The notes under the pieces were generated by a model that saw only the letters and a list, made by a program, of their open reading frames with translations, ran no database searches and had not been told where the DNA came from. A stretch of DNA of 19,195 bases from a bacterium (GTDB lineage Bacteria > Zhuqueibacterota > Zhuqueibacteria > Zhuqueibacterales > Zhuqueibacteraceae). The stretch spans positions 1 to 19,195 of the forward strand of contig JBIOXB010000113.1 in assembly GCA_044869275.1 (NCBI GenBank), given 5' to 3'. Below are positions 18,196 through 19,195 of this stretch, one piece after another. Each line of letters starts with the position of its first letter. Positions within the stretch are counted from its first letter, which is position 1. The translations under genes and the position numbers were made by a program.

Positions 18196-18848
18196 GCGAC
18201 CAACGAAGGACCAGCAAGGGCCCGCATCAGGGAGAGCCGGTTCTCGCTGCGGGTGCCCCGCTCGATCAAGCGCGCGCCGCGATGGTGTTGATACACGGCC
18301 GCGGAGCGACCGCCGAAAGCATTTTGACCTTGGCGGATGAATTGCGTCAGCCCGGTTTTGCATATCTCGCCCCGCAAGCCGCAGAGGGGACATGGTATCC
18401 CAATCGTTTTCTCGCGCCGACGGCAAGCAACGAGCCCTGGTTGTCCTCCGCGCTCGACGCCGTTGGCGAGGTCATCTCTCACCTGACCTCAGCGGGCCTT
18501 CCACACGAACGCCTCATGATTTTGGGCTTTTCACAAGGGGGATGTCTGGCGCTGGAATATGCCGCGCGCAACGCGCGCCGCTATGGCGGAATCGTGGGAT
18601 TGAGCGGAGGGTTGATCGGCGCCGAAGATGAGGCGCGCCACCACCAGGGTACATTGGCGGGCACTCCGGTTTTTCTGGGCTGCAGCGACGTCGATTTTCA
18701 CATTCCCCAAGCACGAGTGCAGCATGCGGCAGACACGCTTCGTGCTCTGGGCGGCGACGTGACCATGCGCTTGTATCCCAACATGGAGCACACGGTCAAT
18801 CAAAACGAAATAGATTTCGTGCGCGGTATGATGGCCGCCTTGGTGTGA
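18192..18848 (+). CDS. Phospholipase/carboxylesterase family alpha/beta hydrolase (MhqD-like)
   Basis: LIHGRG oxyanion motif, nucleophile elbow GFSQG, candidate Asp in SDVDFHIP and His in MEHTV. ATGA overlap with the dioxygenase gene. Confidence 0.9.
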   Translation: MSDQRRTSKGPHQGEPVLAAGAPLDQARAAMVLIHGRGATAESILTLADELRQPGFAYLAPQAAEGTWYPNRFLAPTASNEPWLSSALDAVGEVISHLTSAGLPHERLMILGFSQGGCLALEYAARNARRYGGIVGLSGGLIGAEDEARHHQGTLAGTPVFLGCSDVDFHIPQARVQHAADTLRALGGDVTMRLYPNMEHTVNQNEIDFVRGMMAALV

Positions 18849-18907
18849 ATAGCACTACAACGTTAAACTGGCCGGACCGTTTATCATTGTCATTCAGAAG
18901 GGATCAC

Positions 18908-19075
18908 ACTGTGTGAAAACTTGGGAATGCAGCACCCTGAGCTTGTCGAAGGAAGCTTGTCGAAGGGAGCTTGTCGAAGGGAGCTTGTCGAAGGGAGCTT
19001 GTCGAAGGGTGCTAAGTTCAAGAATCCGGCTTCGACAAGCTCAGCCGGCGTTGAAAGCAAGGGTTTTCACACAGT
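18908..19075. mobile_element. MITE-like element with 13-bp perfect terminal inverted repeats
   Basis: ACTGTGTGAAAAC (18908-18920) pairs with GTTTTCACACAGT (19063-19075), extending imperfectly outward. No transposase gene and no clear target-site duplication. Confidence 0.5.
18939..19044. repeat. 5x14-bp tandem array (GAGCTTGTCGAAGG) with one inverted copy, REP-like
   Basis: Units start at 18939, 18953 (first base A), 18967, 18981 and 18995, ending at 19008. The inverted copy CTTCGACAAGCTCAG (19030-19044) is the reverse complement of 18937-18951. Confidence 0.93.
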
Positions 19076-19195
19076 CTGAATCCTGTGCAGTAACAAGCAC
19101 ACTCGTCTATGGCCCAACGGTGTGACAAGAATCAACCAATCCCGAAGCTTCGGGACTCCTGAATGACATCTCTGGATGGAAAGGCTGGCTTAGGG

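Larger units (their letters stand above)
18888..19168. repeat. Outer REP-like inverted repeat plus a perfect 16-bp palindrome
   Basis: TGTCATTCAG (18888-18897) pairs with CTGAATGACA (19159-19168). TCCCGAAGCTTCGGGA lies at 19140-19155. Confidence 0.7.

Noticed and set aside
18939..19008. CRISPR array
   Set aside because: The units are 14 bp and directly adjacent with no spacers, and there are no cas genes in the window.
18913..19125. 70-aa ORF
   Set aside because: It is a translation of the tandem and inverted repeats, with no RBS or protein-like motif.

Overview
GC-rich bacterial window in which every supportable gene is on the + strand. In order: pirin; VOC/ring-cleaving dioxygenase; cupin-AraC regulator; large Lhr helicase; a Fic-family remnant missed by the ORF track; an RND efflux operon (MFP + permease) interrupted by a GxxExxY PD-(D/E)XK nuclease-like gene; a zinc-ribbon/class III cyclase/STAND ATPase/TPR gene split by an apparent 2-nt insertion; DUF4396 running into a 5'-truncated sugE/gdx; a second VOC dioxygenase; and an alpha/beta hydrolase. 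The most interesting structure is the GxxExxY gene, bracketed by 31-bp inverted repeats (29/31 match) built from CGCGAAT/ATTCGCG units, which looks like a transposase-free mobile cassette inside the efflux operon. Two other palindromic elements sit in intergenic DNA: a gene-less heptamer hairpin at 3243-3308 and a three-layer nested inverted-repeat structure with a 5x14-bp tandem array at 18888-19168. All family calls come from motif recognition by eye; no database search was run.
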